From Clostridia bacterium (GTDB lineage: Bacteria; Bacillota; Clostridia; Christensenellales; Aristaeellaceae), in NCBI GenBank assembly GCA_017532155.1, contig JAFXJP010000048.1:231-64230 (forward strand): a stretch of DNA of 64,000 nucleotides. The letters are read 5' to 3'. Position 1 is the stretch's first letter. Each line of letters starts with the position of its first letter. This document shows, in pieces, positions 1-8,283 of this stretch. Position numbers and translations under genes: made by a program. The notes below the pieces were generated by a model. It was not told the origin of the DNA. It did no database searches and saw nothing but the letters and a program-made list of their open reading frames with translations.

Positions 1-11
1 GATGAGGTGTA

Positions 12-322
12 GCACGCCACAGCGTGCGTTACCTTCGTCGCGCCTCCGCAGAGGCGCTTCTCCCGCTCGTTTCGCTTAAGCGAAACGGCGGTTCCCCGAG
101 GGCGGAATCACACAGCAATGCGGCAGGCCGATCACGCAACGCGTGATCGTGCCCGTGAAACGGGCAAGAAAAAAGGCGGAAGTTCGAGGGGCGAATTTAT
201 TCGCACATTCGAATCTTCTGCCTTTTTTCGATAAGCCTGCCGCAGCTTTTACGGCGACCCAAAGACTGGTTTTCGGGTGGGTTTTAGGGAGGGGCTTTTG
301 CCTTCAAAAGCCGCCTCCCTAA
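12..322. other. Non-coding block of at least seven consecutive, sequence-unrelated stem-loops
   Basis: Inverted repeats read directly at 12-27, 40-57, 68-87, 129-149 and 151-165. 169-228 is compound, with a 14-bp outer stem flanked by A6/T6. 284-322 has a 17-bp stem with one bulge. No RBS-preceded ORF. Confidence 0.6.
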
Positions 323-332
323 CGTTCTCTCG

Positions 333-1019
333 TTACTGTCTGAACTGCTGTCTTCTCTTCCAGTGATAATATTCCCGCTTGCACAGATCAATCAAATCCT
401 GCCCGAAGAACAGCGCCACGTTGATCAGCGAAGCGATGGCAGCGCAGCGGCCGACCACGCCGCCCCACAGGATTGCGGTAAGGAAGTACACGCCGTCGAT
501 AAGCGCCAGCCACTTGGCCTTGACGGGCACGATGTAGAACATGAGGAACTGCGTATCGGGATACAGCGCTGCAAAAGCGAAGAAGAGCGAGAAGTAGAGG
601 TAAGAATTAGTCCAAATGGCGTAGCCTGTGATGAAGTAGGCAATGAACGCGCCCAGGATATTGGCCAGTGCGCCGATCACATAGTAAATAAAGAAGCGGC
701 GAACGCCCCAGCGGTTTTCCAGCGCTGTGCCAATCGCGTAGTAAAAGTACACGCTGATGAGCGCCCACAGCGTGCCCGAGCCGCTGGGCGGCACGATCAG
801 CCAGGTGACCAGGCGCCAGATTTCTCCGCGCAGCACTTTGCCGACGTTCAGCGTCATGTAGCTGATGACGCTGATAGGACGCAGGGAATAGGCGCTGGAC
901 ATGGCAGCAAACAGATCCAGCAGGAAAACGCCCGCCATGGCGAAAACAATATAACGCATGAACGGGGGAATATTGTAGCGGTACAGCTTGCGTTCGAGAC
1001 GATTCAAAAGATTGCGCAT
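333..1019 (-). CDS. Rhomboid-family-like polytopic membrane protein; catalytic GxSG/His motifs not recognisable by eye
   Basis: Trimmed from ORF 333..1184 to the ATG at 1019, which is preceded by GGAGGC. Multi-TM sequence with an EIWRLVTW (WR-type) motif typical of the rhomboid fold. Confidence 0.6.
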   Translation of the reverse strand: MRNLLNRLERKLYRYNIPPFMRYIVFAMAGVFLLDLFAAMSSAYSLRPISVISYMTLNVGKVLRGEIWRLVTWLIVPPSGSGTLWALISVYFYYAIGTALENRWGVRRFFIYYVIGALANILGAFIAYFITGYAIWTNSYLYFSLFFAFAALYPDTQFLMFYIVPVKAKWLALIDGVYFLTAILWGGVVGRCAAIASLINVALFFGQDLIDLCKREYYHWKRRQQFRQ

Positions 1020-1069
1020 GTTTGCCTCCGGTAGTTTGGTACATGTAGTATACGCAGGCAGAAGTGAAT

Positions 1070-1666
1070 TCAATAGCGGATTATGCCTTCGCTGCCGCAA
1101 TCCAGACAGGGGAGAAGGCCTGTACCGTCGCAAAGACTGCAGGGCTTGGTATAAAATGTTTTGTTCAGCCCAGTGCCATGGCATAAGGTGCAGGTAACGG
1201 TGCCTTGCTGTTGGCAGGCTTTACAGGGAATGAAACGATCCAGCTTGATAATTTCTTCTCTGAAAAGGATGGTCAGGGCAATTGTTCCGTCGGTTTCGTT
1301 TTGCTGGAGCGTAATATCCATATAAACCTGCTTTTCACTGGAAGCACCGAGCTTATTCTCAACGTGCAGTAGTTGAAGGAAGTCCGGTTCGACGGATACT
1401 GTCTGAATAAAAGGAATATCTTCCAAGGTAAGGAGATACTCTTCCAACAGCTTCAGGCTATCGGCGTCCAGTGTATAACTGAAGAGCGGGCAGCCGCTTT
1501 CGTCTATTGAAAAGTCTCTCAGAGGAAAAGGGGATTCATCTGTAGATTGTCCTAAATGCGGAAATTCCTCAGGCCAAAACAGAAATGCATAATCCGGTAT
1601 CTCAGCTTCGGCAAGGCAAAGAGGCATTAGTACTGCACAAATAAATAAGCAAAGTGCTTTTTTCAT
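1070..1666 (-). CDS. Secreted or lipid-anchored protein with a C-terminal DnaJ-type cysteine-rich zinc-finger module
   Basis: Trimmed from ORF 1070..1849 to the ATG at 1666, with a GGGAGCG RBS. Signal peptide MKKALCLFICAVLMPLCLAEA. The C-terminus has CKACQQQG, CTLCHGTG, CSLCDGTG and CLDCGSEG. Confidence 0.7.
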   Translation of the reverse strand: MKKALCLFICAVLMPLCLAEAEIPDYAFLFWPEEFPHLGQSTDESPFPLRDFSIDESGCPLFSYTLDADSLKLLEEYLLTLEDIPFIQTVSVEPDFLQLLHVENKLGASSEKQVYMDITLQQNETDGTIALTILFREEIIKLDRFIPCKACQQQGTVTCTLCHGTGLNKTFYTKPCSLCDGTGLLPCLDCGSEGIIRY

Positions 1667-1745
1667 AGAGACGCTCCCTTCTTTGAAGATAATAATACCA
1701 TAATATGCCCTTAAAATCAACGTGAGGTAAAGCCGTGAGATTTTC

Positions 1746-1773
1746 TTGACGAAACGCCAAAACATGGTATAAT
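1746..1773 (+). promoter_or_regulatory. Sigma-A type promoter for glyQS
   Basis: TTGACG at 1746-1751, a 16-nt spacer, then TGgTATAAT (extended -10) with the hexamer at 1768-1773. The leader to the ATG at 1809 is only about 35 nt. Confidence 0.6.
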
Positions 1774-1808
1774 AACATGGTATGCAAACATGAGAGGAGT
1801 GCGCTTCT

Positions 1809-3185
1809 ATGTCGAATCTGACGATGGACAAGCTCGTAGCGCTGTGCAAATCGCGCGGCTTTATTTATCCTGGCTCCGAAATTTACGGAGGCCTGGCCAA
1901 CACCTGGGACTTTGGTCCGCTGGGCGTTGAATTCAAGAATAACATCAAAAAAGCCTGGTGGCAGAAGTTCGTCCAGGAAAGCAAGTACAATGTGGGCCTT
2001 GACGCCGGCATCCTGATGAACCGCGAAGTATGGGTTGCTTCCGGTCACGTGGGCGGCTTCAATGACCCGCTGATGGATTGCAAGGCCTGCAAGGCCCGCT
2101 TCCGTGCTGATAAGCTGATCGAGGACTTCACCCACGGCGAAGAAACCGGCGACGGCTGGAAGAATGAAGAGCTGGAAGCTTACATCGCCGAGCACGACAT
2201 CAAGTGCCCCGTGTGCGGCCGCAAGGATTTCACCGGCATTCGTCAGTTTAACCTGATGTTCAAGACCCACCTGGGCGTGAACGAAGCCTCTGCCAGCGAA
2301 GTGCTGCTGCGCCCCGAAACTGCGCAGGGTATCTTTGTCAACTTCCAGAATGTCATGCGCGCCAGCCGCAAGAAGATTCCTGCCGGTATCGCGCAGATTG
2401 GTAAGTCCTTCCGTAACGAAATCACGCCCGGCAACTTCATTTTCCGCGTGCTTGAGTTCGAACAGATGGAGCTGGAATTCTTCTGCAAGCCCGGCACCGA
2501 CCTGGAGTGGTTCGAATACTGGCGCTCCTTCTGCCGCGACTGGCTGCTCTCCCTTGGCATCAAGGAAGAAAGCCTGCGCCTGCGCGATCATGAGCCCGAA
2601 AAGCTGGCCTTCTATTCCAAAGCCACGACGGACTTTGAATATCTCTTCCCCTTCGGCTGGGGCGAACTGTGGGGCATCGCGGACCGTACCGATTACGACC
2701 TGACCCAGCATGCCAAGCACTCCGGCAAGAATATGGAATACCTGGATCCCACCACGGGCGAAAAGTATGTGCCTTACTGCATCGAGCCCTCCGTGGGCGT
2801 GGAGCGCTGCGTGCTGGCCTTCCTGTGCAATGCTTATGAAGAGCAGCAGCTGGAGAATGACACCCGCGTGGTGCTGCATCTGCATCCTGCCCTGGCGCCC
2901 TATAAGGCGGCCGTTCTGCCTCTGCAGAAGAATAAGCTGGGCGGCCTGGCCAGCGAAATTCACGAGAAGCTCGCCAAGTACTTCCCCGTGGATTACGACG
3001 AGACCGGCTCCATCGGCAAGCGCTATCGCCGTCAGGATGAGATCGGTACGCCCTTCTGCATTTGCGTGGACTTCGAGACCGAAGAAACCGGCACCGTCAC
3101 CGTGCGTGACCGCGACACGATGGAACAGGAGCGCGTGAAGATCGAGGATCTGAAGAACTACATCGAAGAGAGAATGCGCTTCTAA
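1809..3185 (+). CDS. glyQS: Glycine--tRNA ligase, homodimeric GlyQS type
   Basis: N-terminus [46 protein letters not shown] matches the alpha2-type GlyRS of Firmicutes. 458 aa. Confidence 0.95.
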   Translation: MSNLTMDKLVALCKSRGFIYPGSEIYGGLANTWDFGPLGVEFKNNIKKAWWQKFVQESKYNVGLDAGILMNREVWVASGHVGGFNDPLMDCKACKARFRADKLIEDFTHGEETGDGWKNEELEAYIAEHDIKCPVCGRKDFTGIRQFNLMFKTHLGVNEASASEVLLRPETAQGIFVNFQNVMRASRKKIPAGIAQIGKSFRNEITPGNFIFRVLEFEQMELEFFCKPGTDLEWFEYWRSFCRDWLLSLGIKEESLRLRDHEPEKLAFYSKATTDFEYLFPFGWGELWGIADRTDYDLTQHAKHSGKNMEYLDPTTGEKYVPYCIEPSVGVERCVLAFLCNAYEEQQLENDTRVVLHLHPALAPYKAAVLPLQKNKLGGLASEIHEKLAKYFPVDYDETGSIGKRYRRQDEIGTPFCICVDFETEETGTVTVRDRDTMEQERVKIEDLKNYIEERMRF

Positions 3186-3198
3186 TTGAAAAATACAT

Positions 3199-3227
3199 AG
3201 CGGGGCCGGATATGGCCCCGCTTTTTG
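3199..3227 (+). terminator. Rho-independent terminator after glyQS
   Basis: Stem AGCGGGGCC / GGCCCCGCT, 6-nt loop, then TTTTT. Confidence 0.85.
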
Positions 3228-3247
3228 TGAAAAAATGGAGGAAGAAT

Positions 3248-4240
3248 ATGGATAAGGCAATTCTGAAGCAGTGCTTCCATAACATGCTTTTTGTCGAGGA
3301 GCAGGAATGGGGCCTGGTGCCCTTCCGCTATACCAAGAAACAGTGCGCGTTTTATGATACCATCACCTACGGCATCATCATGGGTGATAAGGCGCGCATG
3401 AGCGCAGGCATTACGCTGGAGTTTGATACCGACGCGGACGAAATGACGCTTGTGTGGCAGATTGCCGGCGGCTATCCTGCCAATACCAAGGATCGCGGCA
3501 GCAGCCTGGACGTGTTTGTGGACGGCACGCTGCGCCATCAGAAAATGATTACCTGCGAATGGCACGAAGAGCAGCGCGATACCTTCGTGCTTCCCAAGGG
3601 CCAAAAGCGCGTGAAGGTCATGCTGCCCCACACCTATATTTTCGGTCTCAAGGATATTATCCTTACGGACGGCGCCACCCTTACGCCCGTTCCGCAGCGC
3701 GAAAAGAAAATCCTCATGATGGGCGACAGCATCACCCAGGGTATCGGCGCGCAGTTTGCCTGCACGGGCTATGCCATGCAGACGGGCCTGGGCCTTGACT
3801 GCGAGTGCGTCAACCAGAGCATTGCCGCCGTGCGCTTTGAGAGCGAGGGCTTGGATAACGACGGCTTCACGCCCGATCTGATCACCGTGGCGCTGGGCAC
3901 CAATGACTGGTCCGGCTGGAAGGATCGCGCGGAATATGACGAGCGTGCAGGCCGCTTCATGGCGCGCATGAACGAACTGTATCCCGGCGTGCCGGTCTAT
4001 TTCCTTTCGCCTGTCAAGCGCTGCCGCGGCGAGGCGGACCGCGAGGAAATGTACGCGGAAGCCGAGCTGAAGGACGTGCTCGCCCGCCTGTGCGCGCCCT
4101 ATCCGCAGATGCAGGTAGTGGACGGCTGGAAGCTGATGCCGCACACAAACGCCTTCTTCTCCGACGGCCTGCATCCCAATGATCTGGGCATGACGGTGTA
4201 TGCGCACAGCGTGATCGATATCATCAAGGAAAAACTGTAA
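3248..4240 (+). CDS. SGNH/GDSL-family hydrolase
   Basis: Start moved to the ATG at 3248, after a GGAGGA RBS and outside the upstream terminator. Blocks MMGDSITQG, GTNDW and DGLHPN. Confidence 0.85.
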   Translation: MDKAILKQCFHNMLFVEEQEWGLVPFRYTKKQCAFYDTITYGIIMGDKARMSAGITLEFDTDADEMTLVWQIAGGYPANTKDRGSSLDVFVDGTLRHQKMITCEWHEEQRDTFVLPKGQKRVKVMLPHTYIFGLKDIILTDGATLTPVPQREKKILMMGDSITQGIGAQFACTGYAMQTGLGLDCECVNQSIAAVRFESEGLDNDGFTPDLITVALGTNDWSGWKDRAEYDERAGRFMARMNELYPGVPVYFLSPVKRCRGEADREEMYAEAELKDVLARLCAPYPQMQVVDGWKLMPHTNAFFSDGLHPNDLGMTVYAHSVIDIIKEKL

Positions 4241-4242
4241 AA

Positions 4243-4722
4243 ATGACAAAAACCTATCATGTCAGAAGGTTTCAGCCAAGTGACGCAGACGAAGTGTCCG
4301 CGCTGATCATCAAAACACTCAGAATAACCAACAGCAAGGATTATTCCGCAGAATACATCGAGAACGATGTGAAGCAGTTTAGCCCGGAAGGCGTTATCAA
4401 ACGCGCCGGTTGGACGCATTTCTACGTCGTCTGCGATGGCGATATCATTGTTGGCTGCGGTGCAATTGGGCCGTACTGGGACAAGGAAGACGAAAGCAGC
4501 CTGTTTAATATCTTTGTGCTGCCTGAGTATCAGGGCAAGGGTATCGGCCGCAAGATCATTGAAACGCTGGAAAGCGATGCATACTTTTTGCGGGCCAGGC
4601 GCATTGAAATCCCGGCCTCCATTACCGCCTGTGCGTTTTACAGAAAAATGGGCTATACGTACAAAGACGGCGTTGATGTTCCCGACGAAGAACAGCTATT
4701 CCGTTTAGAGAAATTCAGGTAA
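4243..4722 (+). CDS. GNAT-family N-acetyltransferase
   Basis: Motif A: VLPEYQGKGIGRKIIETL. 159 aa. Confidence 0.85.
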   Translation: MTKTYHVRRFQPSDADEVSALIIKTLRITNSKDYSAEYIENDVKQFSPEGVIKRAGWTHFYVVCDGDIIVGCGAIGPYWDKEDESSLFNIFVLPEYQGKGIGRKIIETLESDAYFLRARRIEIPASITACAFYRKMGYTYKDGVDVPDEEQLFRLEKFR

Positions 4723-4727
4723 ATGAA

Positions 4728-4758
4728 AAAAGCCAAGCTGCAAAAACAGCTTGGCTTT
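4728..4758. terminator. Bidirectional terminator between convergent genes
   Basis: Stem AAAGCCAAGCTG / CAGCTTGGCTTT with A/T runs on both sides. Confidence 0.8.
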
Positions 4759-4772
4759 ATCGTTTTTATGGC

Positions 4773-6068
4773 TTATTTCTTGTAGATTTCCTCGATCACG
4801 CGGCCGTCGGTGTCGAGCATTTCAAGGCCGAGGGCGCGGGCGATGGTGGGCGCTTCGTCCACCAGACGGGCATTTTCGATGACAACGCCTTCTTCGATAT
4901 CCGGGCCGAAGGCGAAGAACGTGGGCTGCACGCCCTTGGCGGGGTGATGGCCGTGGGTGGCGCGGCCGGTCTTATAGTCGGTAGTGTCGTAGGAACGGAC
5001 AAGGGGACGGCGCCATTCATTATTGAAGGTGGTGTAGCCATCGGTTTCCAGCACGAAGCTGAAATCGCCCGCCAGATGCTCTTCTTCCTTGGCTTCCTTG
5101 GCGGTGTACACGCGGGAGATGCCGTATACGCCCTCGTCGCAGAGCTTCTGGAGGAAGGCGTGCAGCTCTTCCTTGGTCTTTTCGTCGCTGGGATCGGTCA
5201 GGTACACGTGCGCGGACAGCGCGGCGGACTTGACAAAGGCCTTCATGGAGACGATATCACCGTTTTCATCGGTGGTGATAAAGCCGTTTTCCGCCAGCAG
5301 CGCGTTGATCGCCATTACGCGCACGATGTTCATCTGGCCGTGGTCGGAGATGATGAAGAAATCGGTGTCATCGAGAATGCCAGCGTCCTCGCAGGCGTTG
5401 ACAATCTGGCCGAACCACACGTCAATTTCATGCAGAGAGTGCGTGACGGCATCGGAAAATACGCCGGAGGAATGACGCGCGGCGTCGATATTGGCGGGGT
5501 GGATCATCAAAAGATTGGGCTTATAGCGGCGGATCATATCAGCCGCGCACTGGGTGACGAAAATATCGCAGTAGGGATGCTTGCGGTGGCGCTGCACGGA
5601 AAGATTGGGCTTGATGATGTGTTCAATCACATCCTCGCTGGAGCCCGTATTGCGGAAGCATTCTTCGGTGGTTTCTTCGGGGGTCTGGGGCCAGTACTCG
5701 TTCATCAGATAATCGATGGACGGGTCGTTGCCGGTGACGGGCCAGAAAACAGCCGCCGTGGTAAGGCCGGCTTCATGTGCATAGTCAAAAATGGTCTTGG
5801 CCTTGACGCTCTCGCGGAAATGCACCCATTTGCTCTTCACTTCGCCGAGGATGGCCTGCTCGTTGTTGGTGATGCCGTGACGATCGGGATACACGCCCGT
5901 CATCATGGTGGTGTGGCAGGGGTAGGTGATGGAAGGATAGATGGAGCGCACCTTGTTGATGCGGGCGCAGCGATTCCAGACCTTTTTAAAATTAGGCAGA
6001 TTCTTGATGGTTTCGGTATCTTCAAAGACCATCGCATCCTGAGAAATAACGATGACGTGCTTGCTCAT
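4773..6068 (-). CDS. Alkaline-phosphatase superfamily enzyme (nucleotide pyrophosphatase/phosphodiesterase-like)
   Basis: SITYPCHTTMMTGVYPDRHGI (Thr nucleophile region) and IISDHGQ. No signal peptide. Confidence 0.8.
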   Translation of the reverse strand: MSKHVIVISQDAMVFEDTETIKNLPNFKKVWNRCARINKVRSIYPSITYPCHTTMMTGVYPDRHGITNNEQAILGEVKSKWVHFRESVKAKTIFDYAHEAGLTTAAVFWPVTGNDPSIDYLMNEYWPQTPEETTEECFRNTGSSEDVIEHIIKPNLSVQRHRKHPYCDIFVTQCAADMIRRYKPNLLMIHPANIDAARHSSGVFSDAVTHSLHEIDVWFGQIVNACEDAGILDDTDFFIISDHGQMNIVRVMAINALLAENGFITTDENGDIVSMKAFVKSAALSAHVYLTDPSDEKTKEELHAFLQKLCDEGVYGISRVYTAKEAKEEEHLAGDFSFVLETDGYTTFNNEWRRPLVRSYDTTDYKTGRATHGHHPAKGVQPTFFAFGPDIEEGVVIENARLVDEAPTIARALGLEMLDTDGRVIEEIYKK

Positions 6069-6151
6069 GGTGATTTTCCTTTCAAAATGTAAATTTTTGA
6101 AATAACAGTAAAACCAAGGATATTATCGCACGATTGCAGGCAGATTGCAAC

Positions 6152-6188
6152 AAAAAAACGGATGAGAGAAAAATTTCTTCTCATCCGT
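6152..6188 (-). terminator. Rho-independent terminator after the CotH/LTD gene
   Basis: Stem ACGGATGAGA / TCTCATCCGT, followed on the minus strand by T7. Confidence 0.85.
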
Positions 6189-6195
6189 TTGGGTT

Positions 6196-8199
6196 TTACT
6201 GGGGCGCGGTTTTGCCGTTGTAGATTTCAAGGAGCTCAAGCACTTCGCCAAAGTACATTTCCTTATCGGTCTTATTGACCTTAAGGCTGGTGCAGATGTA
6301 GTTAATCACTTTCTTGGGACGGATGCGCGCATAGTACATGGAGGCGTTGACGTTGGTTTCCCAGTCCTTGAGGTTGATGTGATTGTATTTTTTGCAGTGG
6401 CGGGGGAGAATCTCTGCCAAGGCATCGTGCCATTTTTCGTAGATGGGCTTTACATCCTTGTGGTAGAGGAAGTTGCTTTCGATGATCTCCGCCACGCGGC
6501 GCAGGAACATATCCTTATACTCCGGCACCTGCAAAAGCGCGGTGAGCGCCCAGTGCGGGAATTTGGTGGAGCTGGCTGTTTTGCTGCTGCGAAGGAAGGT
6601 GCTGACAGGCGCTTCTTTGTCGTTCATGCAGCCGGCTTCCACATCGTGGAGCATGAATGTCCATTTTCCGCCGGGGAAGCGGTAATAGCGCACGTTGCCT
6701 GAATCGTAATTGCCGATGATGGAGGAGAAAATCACGTAATTGAACATGCTGTCCACATCCAGGCGATCGAGCACATACTGCAGATTCTCCGGATCATTGA
6801 GATCGTTTTTCTTGCAGAAATCCATCAGGGCAACCCAATCTTCATTGCTGCCACGGATGACGCTGGTTTCGGTTGTACCGACGCCCTCGATGATATCGCA
6901 GCCGGCGATGACGTCCTTGTCTGTGATGCCTTCCCACTGGGCGAGGGAGTCCTTATTGGATTTTTCGCGCAGATTGTAGTGGCCGTAGTATTCGCCGTTG
7001 ATGTAGACGACAATGGGCTTGCCGGCCTGGTAATAAAGGCCCAGACCATCGCTGACCTCCATCAGCACCGCATCGCGCAGACGGCAGGATTTATAGTCGG
7101 AGTTGGTCATGCGCAGCTGCAGGGCAGAGTAGCTTTCGTATTCGCGGTTATCAAAGAAGGCGAAATCAAAGGTATCATTGCCCAGCGCCGAGCGCGCATA
7201 AATGGAGAAGGACTTTTGCCTGAGATTGCGTGAGGAATGGCCGGCGATGCGGCCCGTGCACATCTGCGCCAGCTGACGGGCGCCGTCCTTATCGAAATAC
7301 TCGATCTGGAAAATGTACTCCCAGTTCTTGTTATAGTTGGCGGTGTTGCCCGAGCCCTTGACCATCATGCCGGATTTATTGCTGAACAAAAGCGCATCAT
7401 CCGTATAGAAGGAAACGACCTCGCAGGGGGACTCGTCCTTGATAAAGAAGGTGCTGCCCGCCGTGGTGGAGCCAAGCAGATCCTCTGCAAAGCCGCGGGC
7501 GCGGATGACGGTGGTTTTGCTCACTTCAATCGGCTCGGTGTAGAGCTTGGATTCGCGGCTGGGGGTGTTGCAATCGGTGGTGTAGCGGATCTCCACGCCT
7601 TCGGGCGCGGTGATGGTGACCAGGATCGTGTCGTCATAAAAGCCGGCGGCTGTTTCAATCACGGGCTCTTCGGCGCGCGCGTCGTAGCCGGTTTTATCAT
7701 TCTTTTTGCCGGGGGTGGAAGTTTCAAGGAAGTGATACGCGCCATCCTCTGCAAGACCATAGGAAACATTGCCAAACTGCGGACCAAACTGGAGGGAAAC
7801 CGTTTCGCCGTCCGGGCTGGTCAGATACAATTCGTCGCCGTCAGCAGAGAGCTTGAAGGAGGCATAGAGCGTATTTTTCTTAGGATCTTCGACGGTATCG
7901 CCTGCGCAATAGACGATCAGATAGCCGTTCTTTGCGATCTTGGCGGTATCCGGGAAGGGCCATTTTTGCAGCTGGTAGGGATCGTTGCTGAGATGCCAGC
8001 CCTTGAGAGAAATCTGCTTGTCGGTGGGATTGTGGATTTCTACCCAGTCGTAGCTCTGGCCGTCGGTAAAGACGGCGTTGGAGGCAACCAGCTCATTGAT
8101 CACCAGTGCGTTTTCTGCCTGCGCGCAGGATAAAGACAGCAGGCAAAGAACGGCACAGAGTAGTATTTGCAAAAGCCTCTTTTGTTTCAAGGCGTACAC
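6196..8199 (-). CDS. Secreted CotH-family kinase-like protein with an N-terminal lamin-tail (LTD) domain
   Basis: Signal peptide ending in CAQA. LTD signature LVINELVASN...YDWVEIHNPTD...LKGWHLSND. CotH core GHSSRNLRQKSFSIY...YINGEYYGHYNLREK. A TTG at 8190 with GAGG 8 nt upstream is an alternative start. Confidence 0.85.
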   Translation of the reverse strand: MYALKQKRLLQILLCAVLCLLSLSCAQAENALVINELVASNAVFTDGQSYDWVEIHNPTDKQISLKGWHLSNDPYQLQKWPFPDTAKIAKNGYLIVYCAGDTVEDPKKNTLYASFKLSADGDELYLTSPDGETVSLQFGPQFGNVSYGLAEDGAYHFLETSTPGKKNDKTGYDARAEEPVIETAAGFYDDTILVTITAPEGVEIRYTTDCNTPSRESKLYTEPIEVSKTTVIRARGFAEDLLGSTTAGSTFFIKDESPCEVVSFYTDDALLFSNKSGMMVKGSGNTANYNKNWEYIFQIEYFDKDGARQLAQMCTGRIAGHSSRNLRQKSFSIYARSALGNDTFDFAFFDNREYESYSALQLRMTNSDYKSCRLRDAVLMEVSDGLGLYYQAGKPIVVYINGEYYGHYNLREKSNKDSLAQWEGITDKDVIAGCDIIEGVGTTETSVIRGSNEDWVALMDFCKKNDLNDPENLQYVLDRLDVDSMFNYVIFSSIIGNYDSGNVRYYRFPGGKWTFMLHDVEAGCMNDKEAPVSTFLRSSKTASSTKFPHWALTALLQVPEYKDMFLRRVAEIIESNFLYHKDVKPIYEKWHDALAEILPRHCKKYNHINLKDWETNVNASMYYARIRPKKVINYICTSLKVNKTDKEMYFGEVLELLEIYNGKTAPQ

Positions 8200-8228
8200 C
8201 TCATTTCTGATGGAGAAGGATTGCTTTC

Positions 8229-8256
8229 ATTATAACATGTGCAAAGAGATTGTCAA
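8229..8256 (-). promoter_or_regulatory. Near-consensus promoter for the CotH/LTD gene
   Basis: On the minus strand: TTGACA (8256-8251), a 16-nt spacer, then TGtTATAAT with the hexamer at 8234-8229. Confidence 0.6.
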
Positions 8257-8283
8257 CGAAAGTGGGAAAGGTGTTACAATTTG

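Noticed and set aside
1602-3260. Very long antisense ORFs lie opposite almost every real gene. Examples are 1602..3260, 10671..12164, 13456..14814, 16608..18359, 21665..23326, 25917..27335, 27367..28731, 34123..35865, 35828..37942, 39098..40639, 40666..42165, 44186..46069, 48950..50902, 55375..56715 and 57416..58564.
   Set aside because: They sit in exactly the same triplet register as the sense gene. I checked this for glyQS, the second ABC exporter gene and the 667-aa gene. They therefore stay open simply because the sense strand avoids TTA, CTA and TCA codons in this GC-rich genome. Their translations are H/Q/R/A-rich with no motifs and no RBS, whereas the opposite strand carries unmistakable family signatures.
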